DNA from: Camelus ferus
Taxonomy: Eukaryota
Length of the DNA stretch: 64,000 nucleotides
Reading direction: 5' to 3'
NCBI RefSeq assembly: GCF_009834535.1
Contig: NC_045696.1
Span: 68,512,001-68,576,000, forward strand
Shown here: piece by piece, positions 36,705 to 50,139 of the stretch
How the letters are laid out: each line of letters starts with the position of its first letter
Position numbering within the stretch: the stretch's first letter is position 1
Translations under genes and position numbers: made by a program
Notes under the pieces: generated by a model
Told to the model about the DNA's origin: nothing
The model's database searches: none
Seen by the model: only the letters and a program-made list of their open reading frames with translations

Positions 36705-36945
36705 AGGAGGCATGGTAAGGGAAATTGTCCCTTAAAATCTGATAGCCTGAGTTCAAACACCAACTCTGCTGCATATAATTTTGGGGATTTTGAGATGGTT
36801 TACATCTCTGAGTTTCAGTTTTGTCTTCTATGAAATGGAAATAATAATAACATATAGGGTAGGTGTGAGGATAAAGTGAGAAAATTTAGGTATCATGCTT
36901 AAAACAGTTTCTTGCATGTAGAAGATGCTCAGAAAATGTTATTTC
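36705..36945 (+). mobile_element. MIR SINE
   Basis: cctgagttcaaacaccaactctgc...tctctgagtttcagttttgtcttctatgaaatggaaataataata. Confidence 0.75.
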
Positions 36946-37209
36946 TCATCCTCATCTCCTAAAATTCTACAAAGCAGGGATCATTTTCCATTATTGTAAG
37001 AGAACTTTATAGCTCTGTATACCAATGCAGAGAGGATAGCTAATGAAAATATCTGAGAAACATTTTCTTTTAATTGACTTTGTTTTTGCTTTTAAATAAT
37101 ACCTAGACAATTCAAAGGTAGCACTGGTGTCAATCTGTAGGTGACTTGAATCTATCTTCCAAGTAGGAAAATAACCATTGGCTAAAGGACAGTGAGGTGG
37201 ACTGGGGGA

Positions 37210-37810
37210 AGTTAAAGTGCCACCTCCTGTGAGAAGCCTCCCTTGATCCCCTAAACCTAATGGATGGCTGAGTCCTCCCACATACTCCCTAGCACGGTAC
37301 TTCTAGAATAGAGGCTGGCAAACTACAGCCCATGGGCCGAATCCAGCCCACCACCTGTTTGTGTATGACTGTTTGTGTTTGTAAGAATGATTTTTTTTTT
37401 TACATTTTTAAATGATTTAAAACATATGAAGAATAAGATTTTGTGACACATGAAAATCATAAGTGATTAAAATTTCTGTGTCCATACATCATGTTTTATC
37501 TGAACACAGCCATGCTCACTCATTTGTGGGTTGTCTGTGACTGCTTCTGCATTACAGTGGCAGAACTGAGTAGTTGTGAAAAAGACCACATGGCTAGTAA
37601 AGTTGAAAACAATACTTGCTCTCTGGCCTTTTACAAAAACTTTTGCCGACTTACTCTAGAACACTTATATGAAATCATGTCATAATGCACTTATTTCCTC
37701 CTAACAGGCTATGTCATTCTTAAAGGATCAGGACTGGCTCTCTTTCATCTCTGTATCATTAGCACCTAGAACAGTGCCTGGCAAATATTAGGCATCCATA
37801 AATTAGTGTT
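37210..37810 (+). mobile_element. L2 3' region, interrupted by MER58
   Basis: gtgccacctcctgtgagaagcctcccttga before the MER; ttcatctctgtatcattagcacctagaacagtgcctggca after it. Confidence 0.7.
37309..37653 (+). mobile_element. hAT-Charlie DNA transposon, MER58B-like
   Basis: ggctggcaaactacagcccatgggccgaatccagcccaccacctg...acacagccatgctcactcattt...ctggccttttacaaaaacttttgccgac; 8-bp TSD ttctagaa/ctctagaa. Confidence 0.9.
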
Positions 37811-38309
37811 CACCCTCCTTTTCAGGTACTTTAAGTAAGGAGTCCCCCTACTGTAATCTACATTAGGTCTATCCCAGGGTCCCTAGCCCCCGGCCACTCC
37901 CTGCAGCCCTTGGGCACTTAAAGGTCTGACAAGTCTGGGTATGGTCCAAGCCTGGTGAATATTTCAGGTACTGAAATTAAAAAAGAAGGGACCATTGGAA
38001 AGTTACCGTTCTTTGCATCCTGTTGCTTGAGGTCATGTGCTGTAAGGGAAGGAGCGCTGGGTTTTGAGACTTGACCTAATAGAGGCGAATCCTGGACAAA
38101 TGACTTTCAAGCTGTAGACTTGGGAATAGACCACTTCTTTGAGTGTTACTTTCTTCATGTACGGTGTAGAGGTCATTCTTGCCCCACAACCTTCACTGGG
38201 TCTTTGTTATCTTGGAAAAATACATACACTGGTGAGGACAGGGCCCATGCATGTCTGCCTGGTTCTTGTTGTGGGTCCTGGATCAGCACAAAGCCTGGCA
38301 CACCAGAAA

Positions 38310-38500
38310 CAAGAGGTTCTCAGCTGAGGTCAGAAAGTAGGATCACCTGGGGAGCTTCAACCTCCCACCATCACTGAGCACCGCCCAGACCAATTAGAGG
38401 AGGGTCTCTGGCAATGGGTCTGGACATTGACCTTTTATTTTAGTGTTTTTTTTAGCCTCCCCAGGAGATTGTGATATTCAGCTAGGATTGAGAGCCACTG
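38310..38500. mobile_element. hAT-Charlie MER5-like element inserted in an L2 tail
   Basis: ggttctcagctg...gatcacctggggagctt...ccagaccaatta...ccccaggagattgtgat...ggattgagagccactg. Confidence 0.75.
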
Positions 38501-39571
38501 TTGTAGAGTGATAAATATTTACTGACTGAAGGAATGAAGTTGTTCCCACAGGCATTTTTCTCCCTTGTGCTTTCAGACACTGAGTGAAGAAGTCAGGATT
38601 TTCTAAATCAAGGGCAGAAAATGTGCTGTCCACGCCCACCTTGCCCCCTTCCTCAAATCAGTCATTCTCTCCAGTTCACAGAGAAGGTCTGCTTGCTACC
38701 GTCTTCACCCTTCACTGACTGTGAGGCTGGTGATTCTCTTGTTATTTGTCTGCCTCCTCGTGGCCCCTGCCTTCCTTGTTTTCCACTTTCTATTCTTGTC
38801 GGTGGTTCCTCATCAGTTTTCCTCTCCTCCCCCTAATCTTCTCAGCCTTTTTTCTTCCTACCGTTGCTAAGTTCATGGGGAGCAGTTGCTTATTGCCAAT
38901 AACACCATGTACTTCCAACTATTCCCATTTTTTATTTTCTGCTAAATTAGTTTTGCCTTGTGCTTCACATTGGAAAATACATCCCCAGGCTCTCCTTCAC
39001 TGCTAAATTGCTGTCTCTGGGAATAAGATTTTCTCAGAAGCTTTGAGCCGGCTGACAAATCAGGAAATCCATCCCCCCGTTTACAGAAGAAGAAACCGAG
39101 GCCCAGCAAGAGGGAAAAGCTACTCGGGGTCACAGAGTGAGCCCACAGCAGGCAGGGGCTGGATCACAGATTTCTTCACGCTCCCTTCAGGCGACCACAT
39201 GACCTTGCTGGCTAGACCTGGGGCTTTTTGAACAATTCATTGCTTCTCTTTCACAGAGGGTTGCACCTTTCCAAATCTGCACCTTGCCAGAGTCTATTAA
39301 TTTTATCACTCAAAGGAGAAGGGAGCACTGGGGGTGGCAGTCATACATAGGTGTGGTGAGAGTCTGGCTGACCACCTGGGCTCAGTGACACTTCAGTGGA
39401 CCCAGCCTGGCACGTCTCAGCCTCCCGATGTACACTCCAGGACAACCAGGTGATGACAGATGTCCTAGAGGGGTGGTGGGGCAGTGGGAGAGTTCTTCCC
39501 CATAACTACCTCCAGCAGCCCCCTAAAAATGACATGGTCATGAAAAGCTGTCCACTTTCTTGCCTGCACTT

Positions 39572-39768
39572 CTGTGCTGTCCAATATGGTAGCCACTAGC
39601 TACAGTCAAAATTAATTCTAATGAAATAAAATTAAAATTTTGTTTCCTTGGTTGCCCTAGCCACATTCCAAGTGCTCAGTGGCCAAATGTGGCTAGGGGC
39701 TACTGTCGTGGACAGCATAGATACAGAACATTTCTAACATCGCTTAAGATTCTATTACACAGTGCAGC
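39572..39768. mobile_element. hAT-Charlie MER3-like
   Basis: ctgtgctgtccaatatggtagccactagc...ctagccacattccaagtgctcagtggcca...ggacagcatagatacagaacatttc. Confidence 0.85.
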
Positions 39769-40929
39769 TCCAGACACCTGGGTAGGACACCTTGATCTAC
39801 GAAAGGGACATTCCAGCGGAGAAAGATCAAAAATGGGCCAGGCCATGCCAGTGCCCCCTGGGTTTTGAAAGGGGATTCTGAGGCTACCAGCTGCAGCCAT
39901 TTAGGACTCTTCCCCTTCCTCCCATCCCCGTGAATATCTTATCTTCCCTGCTAGACTGTGAGCTCCTTGGAAGCAAGTGTCTGCGTCTGATTAACATTAT
40001 GTTCCCCCAGAATTGACCTGACACGTGATAGGCCTCTGTGAATGTGTGACCAAACTTTCTTTTGTGCATTCAGTATTATTAAGAAAATAGCTTTTTCAAT
40101 ACATTGGTAAAAATCTGTCTTTTTGGTAAAGAGGAGTGAAAGTTAAAACTGGCTGCTGTCTAGGTGAGAATCCATGTTAAGTTCCCCTCTTCCTGGGGAG
40201 GAGGCTCTGACTCTAGGGAGGTGGGTGATGGTCAGTAGGGTAGGAAGAGTAAGGCGCTGAGCCTAGTGCCCCAGCACACATATCATAGCACTACCTCGGC
40301 TTGGGGATTAGCTCTGCCTCTTGCACAGAGTTCTGGGATTGAGCTTGCACTGACAATTCCAGGCCACAGGGCAGTGTGCTGTGGTGGACTGGGAGGCCAG
40401 GAGCTTAGTTTTAAATCCTGGCTCCCATACCAATTAGCTATTGTGACTCAGTGTATTCATGACAGTCTAGGCAGGTGATAACCACCTGTGTCCTCCCCAA
40501 CACATAGGGCTGAAACGGGGATCAGAGCCTCTGTAGCCTGAACAATGTATGTCAATGTGGGGATGATGGTCCATGTGGTACCGTAAGCACATTTTATTAG
40601 TTTACCAGGACACACTTGCTAGAAACCCTTTCCGGAAATGCCATTTTTAGCATGTGCCAACTGATATTTGTGCTAGCCAACCAGGTGCCTGGTTCAGCCT
40701 CAGATCTATTGAAATTACGCAACAGCTACAAAACTCTCAGACAAGTCAACAACAACAACAAAGCTTCAGGAAGAGGGTTTTATTTTATTTATTTATTTTT
40801 TTTCAATGCTTCTCCTTTAGGCTGCCCCTGAGAGATCATTTCTGTTTTCCTCAGTTACCATCACAAAAGCTATGTGAAGGTAGACAGGGAGGAGTCAGAG
40901 AGAAAGAGGAGGAAAAACAAATCAACTCA

Positions 40930-41140
40930 CATTAAGAGTACTTATGTGGCAGGCATTTAATATGCATTATCTTGCTTAATCCTAATGACTTTTATACCCA
41001 TTTTATAGATGAAGAAATCAAGGTTCAGAGAGCTTTAATTTCTGCCCATGGTGACATAGCTAGTGAGTGACACACACCACACAAAACCAGGTCTATCTGA
41101 CCTAAAGGCCCAGCAAGTGCCACTGTCCACATTGCCTCCC
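40930..41140 (-). mobile_element. MIR SINE
   Basis: cccattttatagatgaagaaatcaaggttcagaga...ccatggtgacatagctagtgagtga. Confidence 0.75.
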
Positions 41141-41967
41141 AGCCAATCAGAAAGTGATGGAGCAGGGCAGGATGGGATCCATGTGTTCACCTGCAACCGA
41201 CTGTAGGCTTTCTCTACTGCTCTGAGGAGGGCTGAGCACTGCCTTACACTCCATAACTCATCTGAAAGGCCTAGCCTGAAGTTATGACTCAAATTCGTTC
41301 TCTACCAGGCATGCCATAATTTGTGTGTTTATGATGAGGAAGAAGATTCCTTGTTCCCTTCAGAAGAATCTAGGTAATTTAGGAAGGCTTTCTGATCTGA
41401 GATAATCTTATTGCAATATCTTGATCCTATCTTGGATTACAAAAATTTTGCCGATAATTCCATAAAGTTATGGCGACAAAGGAATGTTAATATGCCCGAG
41501 GAGTATGCTAACCTTTCCATTATCTCGTTAACCTCCTACGCCCTCTATCTGGTTCCATTTCCTTGGTACAGTATTTGGAGACAGCACACAGACCCGGCAC
41601 TGTTTTTCTTTCCTTTTCAGGTTATAATCCCTTCCAAGTGTGCTTCACAGTCTAAGAATTTCATTAAATCAGTCATTTTCTCTCAGCCAGCAGTTTCTCA
41701 AGGAGCATATAGGCTATTGCTGTACCCTCATTGAACCCTACATCCAGGACATCAGTGGGCTTCCATGTGCCCTATTGTAGCTTGAAGTCCTGGCTTTTAA
41801 AGCTGAGTGGTGGGGCAGAATAAGGGCAAGGATGGACTTGTCACTCAGTGGTCTTGGGCAGTTCACCTTACCTTAAAGATTTTAACCCTCATCCATTATA
41901 TGGGAATAATAATCTCAGCTTTGCCCACTTCACAGGGTGGTAAGATGCTGGATTAAGGGACACTAAC

Positions 41968-42440
41968 TGTTATGGGTTTAATTGTGCCATGTCCCTCCCA
42001 AGTTCATATGTTGAGGTCCCAACCCCCCAGTAGCTCAGAGCACTACGTTATTTAGATACAGGGTTGTTGCAGATGTTGTTAGTTAAGATGTGGTCCTACT
42101 GGAGTGGGGTGAGCCCCTAATCCAGTGTGCCTACCTAGTGTCCTTATGAAAAGGGGAAATTTGGACACAGAAATGCACACAGGAAGAATTTCATGTAAGC
42201 ATGAAGTCAAGATCACAGTGATGTGCCTACAGGCCAAAGAATACGAAAGAATACCAGCAAACCACCGGAAGCCAGGGGAAAGGCCCGGAGCAGTCTCATC
42301 CTCACAGCCCTCAGGAGGAGCCAACTTGTCAACACTTGACCTTGGACTTCGAGTCTCCAGAACTGAGACAATAAATTTCTGTTGTTTAAGCCATCTGGGA
42401 TGTGGCACTTTGTTATGGCAGCCCCAGTGAGCTAAAATAC
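41968..42440 (+). mobile_element. MaLR solo LTR, MLT1B/C-like
   Basis: tgttatgggtttaattgtg...gtccttatgaaaaggggaaatttggacacag...tctccagaactgagacaataaatttctgttgtttaagcca...ttgttatggcagccc. Confidence 0.92.
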
Positions 42441-43564
42441 TGCTGATTTTTTAGTCTTGGTGACTGAGCAGTAAGAACCAGGTGAAATAATGGGAGGTCT
42501 AATACCCTCATCAAATACTGGCCTAGAGACCTAGGCCAAGTCACTTAACCTCTCTGGATCTCAGTCTCCTCTGTGAAATGGGAATTTCATAGTGTTTGTA
42601 TTGCATTTTTTTTTTTTTCAGGTATTAGGTGGGATATTTAGGTGGGTGAGTCCTATACAAGTTATTGTTTTGGGAGGGTCCACTTCTGATTTGGTGATGG
42701 CAGGAGGGAAGGGATGCCTAGATAAAGATACACATTCTGCATTTGCAGAAAACCACATAAAATGACCTAGATAAAATGTCTTCATCAGCCAGAGAGGTAA
42801 CTATGATTCATTCTTCCTCATGTGATTTAGCACGAGGAGGCCAGGAGCACACCGTGCGGCCTGCTTGGCCAGCCTGTCCAGAGCTTCCAGTTTGCTTCTG
42901 CCCTGTGTTGGTTCCCACCTGCCTCTCTCACACCAAAGGCAAAACCCAAGACACTCCTTCCTGGCTCCTGACTCATTCCCTCTGCACCACAGACATGGGT
43001 CTCAGACTCTTTGAAATAAACTGACACTGAGTTTATTTAGCTTGTCTCTGTCTTTGAAAAAGCTGCTGAGCTCTGAACTGCCTTCTCAATCTCAAGCTTC
43101 TCTGTTATAGTTGACAGTCCCTGCTTCTTCCAGAGGTGGTCAGTCATTTCAGAGAAGCCTTTAAAACCCGGTGGACATCTCCTGTGCCCACGTGTGTGTG
43201 TGTGTGTGTGTCTTTAGGTGTCACGTGTCCATCTCCCATAGCAGAGGGTCAGCTTTGTCATGTCAGGACCCCATGTCCTTCCTGTTCAAGTTAGTGCCTG
43301 GCATGTAGTGGGAACCGAATGCATAATTATTTGAATGAATGAATGTTGCATGAGAAAGGCAGTATCGTCTCATGTTAAGAACTGAAGACTGATTCCAGAA
43401 AACTGTGGTTTAACTTTAGTATCCAGCAGTAATGTTTCTTAGCTGTGTGAAAGTGAATAGGACACAACTTAAAGAAGCCTCAGTTTTTGAATCTGTAGAA
43501 TGGAGATAACACTAACTTTTCTGCTTAGCTGAAATATTGAGAGGTTTAAATATCATAAAAATGG

Positions 43565-43997
43565 TGCCATGGTTAGTTTTGTGTGCCAACTCAGCTAGGC
43601 TGTAATACTCAGTTATTAATCAAACACTAATCTAAGTGTTGCTGTGAAGGTAATTTGTAGATGGGGTTAGCATCTGCAATCAGCTGACTTTAAAAAAAGG
43701 AGATTACTCTTAATAGTGTGGTGGGCTTCATCCAATCAGTTGAAAGGCTTTAGAAGAAAAAGACAAAAGTTTCCTGGAGAAGAAATTCTGTCTCAAGACT
43801 TGCAACATCAATTCTTGTCTGAGTTTCCAGCCTACTGGCCTACTGTACAAATTTTGGATCTGTAAGCCTCCACAATTGCATTAGGCTAATTCCTTGAAAT
43901 AAATTAAATATATATAACTACATATTATATATATAATCAGTGTTTTCCATATGCATATACATAGGTATATATTCTCTGGAAAACACTGACTGGTATA
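43565..43997 (+). mobile_element. ERVL solo LTR, MLT2D-like
   Basis: ggttagttttgtgtgccaactcagctaggc...gttgctgtgaaggta...catccaatcagttgaaagg...ctgagtttccagcct...ttctctggaaaacactgact; near-TSD aatgg/gatgg. Confidence 0.9.
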
Positions 43998-45319
43998 GAT
44001 GGGATAGTTGATGAATTTAGAAGGCTGTAAAATGAAGGACAGAGAGTCAGGGTGAAGGGAGGAATGCACACACTTCATTGCTCAGTGGAGGGACTGAGGC
44101 TGGGAATGCCAAGTCCTGCCAACTCTTCCATCTTCCAGGGATACGTGCACAACTGCAAGGCTTCTGCAAGGATGAAGGTGTCCCAGATGGATGAACGGTG
44201 CCAGCTCCCCAGGTCCTGGCTGGGGCCGGCTGGCACACACATTCTCAGGGGGGCTGACTGTGTAGGAAGTGGATTTTAACAAACAAGCCCCCAATAAGGA
44301 GGAGAGGGCATGGGGGGACAGTGACAACTGGCAGCTCCCTGCACCCCTGCCGTGGAGAGAGCACCCGGAGCTGTCTGTGTGGGGGTTCTCCTGACTGACA
44401 CCATCCTAACTAGCAGGCCCTCTCTGGCACTGGAGCCTTTTACTAATGCCTTCATTAAAAGGTCTCCCCTAATCGGTGAGCTGTGGAATGTGCTTACAGG
44501 AAGAAGGTTCTTGGGGCTCACAGATGGGTCTTGTATAGAAGAAGCCTGTCTCTGGCTATGTGAGCAGAGTCAGTGGGTCTTCTTGAAACCTTCTTGCGGA
44601 CAGTGGTTGCCCTTAACCAGTCCCTCCCATCCTCCCTACGACACCCCCTCTAATCCCAAAGACATTTTATGTTACAGATAAAAACTAAACCCTAGGTGGC
44701 ACTTTGGACTTATATTTTATTCTCAAAAAGAAAGAAATTTTGCACAAGTTTTTTAGCCAACTCTGTAATTAGCTCATTTGGGACAAGAACTGTTACATCT
44801 GGCACTCCTTCTCCATAATAATAACAGCAGCATTAATTATTCATCACATTTGTACATCAGCTCTCTGATTTAAAACGTGCATTCTCATCCATTATTTGCC
44901 CGGAACCTACTATGTGCCAGTCGCTGGCCCTGGGGAGTCCAACATAGATAAAATATGATTCCATTTGAAAGCAGGATATTTTATCCATCATGGAAAGTGG
45001 ACATTTAACACATGATGTGGGGAGAGGGACTGTGAGAAACTCTAGGAGGGGAAAGCCAGCTGCCTGGGGAATTAAGAAAGGTTCTTCAGAGCAAATGTGA
45101 CTGGGCTAGGCCTTGTGGGAGGGGAAAATCTTGGGCCTTTCTGCCGTAGGGCCTGAAGTGCAGATAGAGAGCGGCAGCAGAGGCACCCTGGACTGGAGGC
45201 AGGGGGCCTGGGTGCTAGATCTCCCCTTACTGAAAACTCATCATTTGACCTTGGGTAAGTGGTCTCCTCTTCTGTACTCAGTTTCTTCATTTGTAAAGTT
45301 AGTTCAGTTTTCCTTTTTT

Positions 45320-45518
45320 TTGATATTGAAAGCTTCTTTTCAGATATAAGCAGAAGCCTACCAACTATGTGAAACTGATGGAAGCAGAGCTGTTCTTAGG
45401 GAAGCAGGGGGAGGGATTAGGGCCCCAGCAGCTCTGCCCCACTTTTCCCCCGCAAAGGAGCCCCAGAAGCAGCTCGCTTTCCCTCTTGGGCTTTGACTAG
45501 CACAGTTTGAAAACCATA
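45320..45518. mobile_element. hAT-Charlie MER102-like fragment
   Basis: gaagcagagctgttctt...agcacagtttgaaaacca terminus. Confidence 0.5.
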
Positions 45519-45589
45519 AGACCCAGTGGTCTCAAGAGAGTCAGTGTTTCTGTGAAGATCACTAAGCAGTCTGATTTTTTTAAATGATA

Positions 45590-45820
45590 TCAGCGTATTA
45601 ATATTTACTGAATGCTGTTTCTCAGGCTTTGGGCCAAGGGCTTTTTACCACAACCCCACAAGATAGGTACTGTTGCCATCGCTATTTTAGAGATGGAGAA
45701 AACATGAAACACGAAAGGGCAGTAACTCACCCAGGGTCATGCAATAACTAAGCAGCTCAGGCAAGATTCAAACCCAGACAGCACGGCTCCAGAGGCTGTG
45801 ATAATAACCATTACGCCATC
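45590..45820 (-). mobile_element. MIR SINE
   Basis: acaaccccacaagataggtactgtt...attttagagatggagaaaac...taactcacccagggtca...gattcaaacccag. Confidence 0.75.
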
Positions 45821-47126
45821 CAGCTTTTTAACAGCCCCACAAATGTGTTCCTTGACATTTGCTTAAATAGCTCAAGCTGAGGTTTAAGCTCATTTAGTCT
45901 TAAGCACATAACAGAAATAACCACTTGAAGAATTAAATATGTCATTCTGTAACCTAATTATTGTACCATAGAACAAAGTTATCATAGGGAAGGAATTTGT
46001 TTTCCTGAGTCTAGCTGGGAAACATTTTCTTCTGCTCTTCTCGATTCCCTTTCTTCTCGGTCTCTGCATATTCTCTAGACCTTATTTTTTGTCTTTAGTG
46101 AGAGGAAGAATAGCTGATGCCTATCTTTATAATACTCTCCATTTGGCCACCGTTAACTAATTTCTCAGCTCCTCAGGTCTAAGCAAAAGCAGCAGTAAAG
46201 TTCTAGGTACCCCAAGACCTAAAAGGCTGGGCTGGGATGCTGGTTTCCAGGCAGTCAGAGTTCTGGGAACTGTACATAAGTAGGCCTGCTGCAAAGTCCT
46301 ATTGTCCAGCCTTAGCTGAGACCTCACCGCTCATCACCAGTCTTGTTTCCTGTTCCTTTATACTTGGTTGCTTCCCCACAGTAGCTGTGCAAATTCTCCT
46401 CCACACTTCCAAGTCTCAGAGTCAGCCCAGTCCCCCTCAGTCTCCCCAGGATACTGCTTATCTCTCGACCTATGCAGAGTGGGCCTCTCTGCTCTGAGGC
46501 TGTTCACCTTCCTGTGCCTCCCCAGGAACACCTCTTCAAGCTCTTCCCCATTCCTTTCTTCTTTTCTTTCCCTTTTGATGAAGAAGCGCCCTGTGTCCCT
46601 TCCCATATGGTCCTGGCCTCACCTTTCCAAATCTCATGGTGGTGCACTTAGCCCTGTCTCCTCGCTCTTGATCGCTGCTACTTCAAATGTGAATCTCCTC
46701 CCACTCTGGCCCTTCAACCAACAAATACTGCGGGTAGCACTCATTTCAAACAGACCTTTCTCTTGACCCAGTTCCCAGTCTTGGTAGCACTGGCCCATTA
46801 TTTCCCTCCAGGAAAGCCATGTACTCATTCTTTCAGCACTTCTCTCTCTCCATTCTTCCCTGTAAATCCCAATCACAGATGAGGCTTCAACTGTTCTCCT
46901 CCTTGAAAACCACTCCTAAGGCCCTGGCACCATCTTTAGGCCCAGCATGGCATGCTGATGTTGTGCCGACCCCTACCTTCTGCTCTAACATGCCCTGTGA
47001 TCCTGGATAAGTCTTACCTCTTTCTTGGCCTCAATCTCATCAAGCATAAGTTTTCAAAGCTTCATTCAAACAAAAGTGTTTTCAGAATCCTAATACATTC
47101 AACAGATACAAGGCAGGGAGGTCAGG

Positions 47127-47173
<47 letters not shown>

Positions 47174-47182
47174 TGTGTGTGT
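47127..47182. repeat. (TG)n microsatellite
   Basis: Near-perfect TG run. Confidence 0.95.
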
Positions 47183-47309
47183 AGGGGCCAGTGAGAACAC
47201 CCATCCAATTAGAATGAGTGGTTCAGCTCCCTTTTCCCTGAAAACTTCCCCCTCAGTTCATGGGATTGAATTTTCAGGAGGTATATTTTAAAATGTGGCT
47301 CTGGCTCAG

Positions 47310-47418
47310 CTAAGCCTGCCAGGATTCCTGACACAGAATCTGTGACATAATAAATGCTTGTTGTTTTACACCACTAAGTGTTGAGGTAATCTGTTGTGTC
47401 GCAGTAGGTAACTAACAA
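47310..47418 (+). mobile_element. MLT1 LTR 3' end
   Basis: ttcctgacacagaatctgtgacataataaatgcttgttgttttacaccactaagt...gtaatctgttgtgtcgcagtaggtaactaaca. Confidence 0.75.
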
Positions 47419-48139
47419 AACCCTAGACCAGAAACGTGAGCCTGGCAGCTCCAGGTGACCATGTTTTACTGTGTGATCTGGGAAGCAGACACAGTAAGAG
47501 AAAGTGAGACAGAAGGTGAAGTCGATGTGAAAAGGTTCCTGTGGTGTTCAGGGCCTTGGTTCTGGTTTATTTCTGAGACCCAGTTTACTCCTGCCTTTGA
47601 AAATTTTGTTCTTTGTGGTAAAAGTCACCCTTTCTCTGCTATTTGTGCTTGTAACCAAAGATGAGGGCTCTAAGAGACATATCTGGTTTCCTCTGCCTCC
47701 AGTGCCCTTGTTTCCCTGCCCCGCATCCTGCAGCATGAGCCCAGGCACTGTCCATCCTGGTGAGCCTTCCCTGACCAGGTCTCCCACTCACCTCCAGGTA
47801 GTCAGGCCTACGTCTCTGTATGCTTTCTTAGTTCTCTGAGCATGTTTGAGACATTTATCATAATTCCAAGACTCTGTGTGTGCCTGTCTGGCTTCCCAAT
47901 CTTGTAATTAGAATGAGACAGAGTGAGACTGTCTCATTCATCTCTGTGTCCCCAACATCTTATGAATGAGTTTTTTTAACCAATGGAATAGAACAGTATC
48001 CATGTCAAGATAGCTTTACTCCTATAAAGCAGATTTTCTGGAATGAGTTCTCAAGGTTAGTCAGTTAGGGTGGGATTCAAGTAGATTCACAAAAAGCTGG
48101 TATATGTTATAACTTGATATATTTTGAAAATCTGATACC

Positions 48140-48720
48140 AAAGAAATGCATGCATATTTGTAAATTCTAATGGAGAGAAGGAATAAATTCTGGGGAGTTT
48201 TCATGAAAATATTATTTGAACTAGGCTTTGGCTCATAAAAAAGATTTTGACAGGTAAAATCATTTTTAAGGTTCAAGTAAGGTCTTCCAATAGGCAGAAC
48301 AGCTTGAGCAAAGGCATTGAGACATAAATGCGCCTGGAGGATAAGAGGAATGGCAAGTGGTAAGTGGACTGAGAAGTTTTTAGTACATGTAATAGAAAAT
48401 ATGGCCAGAAAGTTAGACTGCAGCCAGGTAGCAGAGGGTCTCAGAATGCCTCTCTCTGTGTTTACTCTGTGTTCTAGTGTTAAGTGGAGCTCTGTGAAGT
48501 GCAGGGACCAAGGGATGGCATCATGAGAACTGGGTTTTAGAAAGAAAACTCTGTAGGCCAGAGAGCTGGAAACTGATGGAGGTAGCAGACCACTTCAATG
48601 ACAGATCTGGCGATGTCAATAGAAATGGAGGCTAGAAGACTGAAATGATTCGGGAAGCAGATGTCCTGGGGGATTGGAAAGTGGTTGAGAAGCTATGTTG
48701 TAATCTTTCCCTAATTTGAG
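48140..48720 (-). mobile_element. L2 fragment
   Basis: ttccaataggcagaacagcttgagcaaaggcattgag...ctgggttttagaaagaaaactctg. Confidence 0.7.
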
Positions 48721-49249
48721 TGCTTAGAATCTAGGGTGATGATTGTACTCAATAGCATTGCCTGTTGGAGAATCACTCATAAGCTAGTGTGGAGGACAGG
48801 CCAAAGGGGATGATACCCTTGTTTCCAGAAGTCCATTCATAGGGAACAGTCAATGTATCATGAAACATTTATATAGTGGGATGTTACGTAGGCACTACAA
48901 AATGTGATGGGGTAGGTGATTGAAGAATAAAGTGGGAGACATGAGATAGATCAGAAGTAGATGACAAACTGGAAAGACTGAAGCAAGCAGAAAGTTGGAG
49001 AAACAAGGGAGAAATTGATGTGGCTCAAAGATGGGCCAATATGGGCGAGCATGTAATAGATCTGCTGGAGACAGCACTTGTAACCATTGGGCACTGTGTG
49101 AGGGGAGGTGCGCTGGTCACCTCATAGGGCAGGGCTCATACACTAAAGGCTGAAGAAGGACTCCACTGGGGAAAATTTCCAAGATGTGTGCCTAATTTGA
49201 TAAAAGAAGAAACAGAGATTTAGGATTCAGAAATGAACAGTTACTCTTC

Positions 49250-49432
49250 AGCCCTATTCAGAGATATGCCCACTTTGTGCTTTTCTCTCCAGTCACAATG
49301 AACAGCTTATATTTCCCCAAGTCCACCAAGCATCATGGGTCTGTGTTTTTGCTCATGTGATATCACTGTTTGAACTGACTTTCCCTGTTTTAAAGTGAAA
49401 CTCCAATTCATGCTTCAAAACCCAACTCTAAA
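49250..49432 (+). mobile_element. L2 fragment
   Basis: ctccagtcacaatgaac...ctgtgtttttgctcatg...aaactccaattcatgcttcaaaacccaactc. Confidence 0.6.
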
Positions 49433-49435
49433 AGC

Positions 49436-49520
49436 GAAGGAAGGAAGGAAGGAGGGTGAGAGGGAGGGAAGGGAAGGAAGAGAAGGTAGGGAAGGGATGG
49501 AGGGAGGAAGGGAGGGAGGA
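49436..49520. repeat. GGAA/GGGA purine-rich simple repeat
   Basis: Read directly. Confidence 0.9.
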
Positions 49521-49831
49521 AACAAAGTACCATCCCCCCCTCTCAAAAAAACCTACATAAACCAATTTCTGAAATCCCAGTATAAAATCTGACAGCACCC
49601 CAAAATCTTTGTAATGCACAGAAAAAGGCAAACACAAAGCCCTAAAAAATGAGGTAATACTATCATTCTATGATTTTTTTCAGCTGCATACTCAGGCTCT
49701 TGGGTTATATCCTCATGAGGCAGATTCCTCCTAAAAAAGAATGGAAAGACATAATGCACCATTGCTGTTGTATTTTGATAGTAAAGTCTTGTAAGAACCA
49801 TTTATGTAATGTATTTAGGAAGTGGAGAGAG

Positions 49832-49832
49832 C

Positions 49833-49917
<85 letters not shown>
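49832..49917. repeat. Compound (CT)n(CA)n microsatellite
   Basis: Read directly. Confidence 0.97.
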
Positions 49918-49918
<1 letters not shown>

Positions 49919-50139
49919 TTTAGCAATGTTTAAGCATATGGCATAGACTGGTGGGGCAGAGGAGGAGTTGAGGGTTGGGAATGGCTGATGTTATCTTTGG
50001 AAGTATATACCCTACAGAGAAAGAGTTGTTAAGTAGGGAGGGAAAAAAATGACCCAGTTAAAACAATGCACACTGTGGAAGGGAGTTGTTGGGTTGGTTG
50101 TCTTGGCTCTTGGTCACACTACTGATTCAGAATATGAGC

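Noticed and set aside
47911..47939. Hairpin gaatgagacag-7nt-ctgtctcattc; also the 12-bp palindrome at 30743-30754
   Set aside because: Too short for a pre-miRNA; the first lies within an L2 tail, and hairpins of this size are not far from chance expectation in 64 kb.
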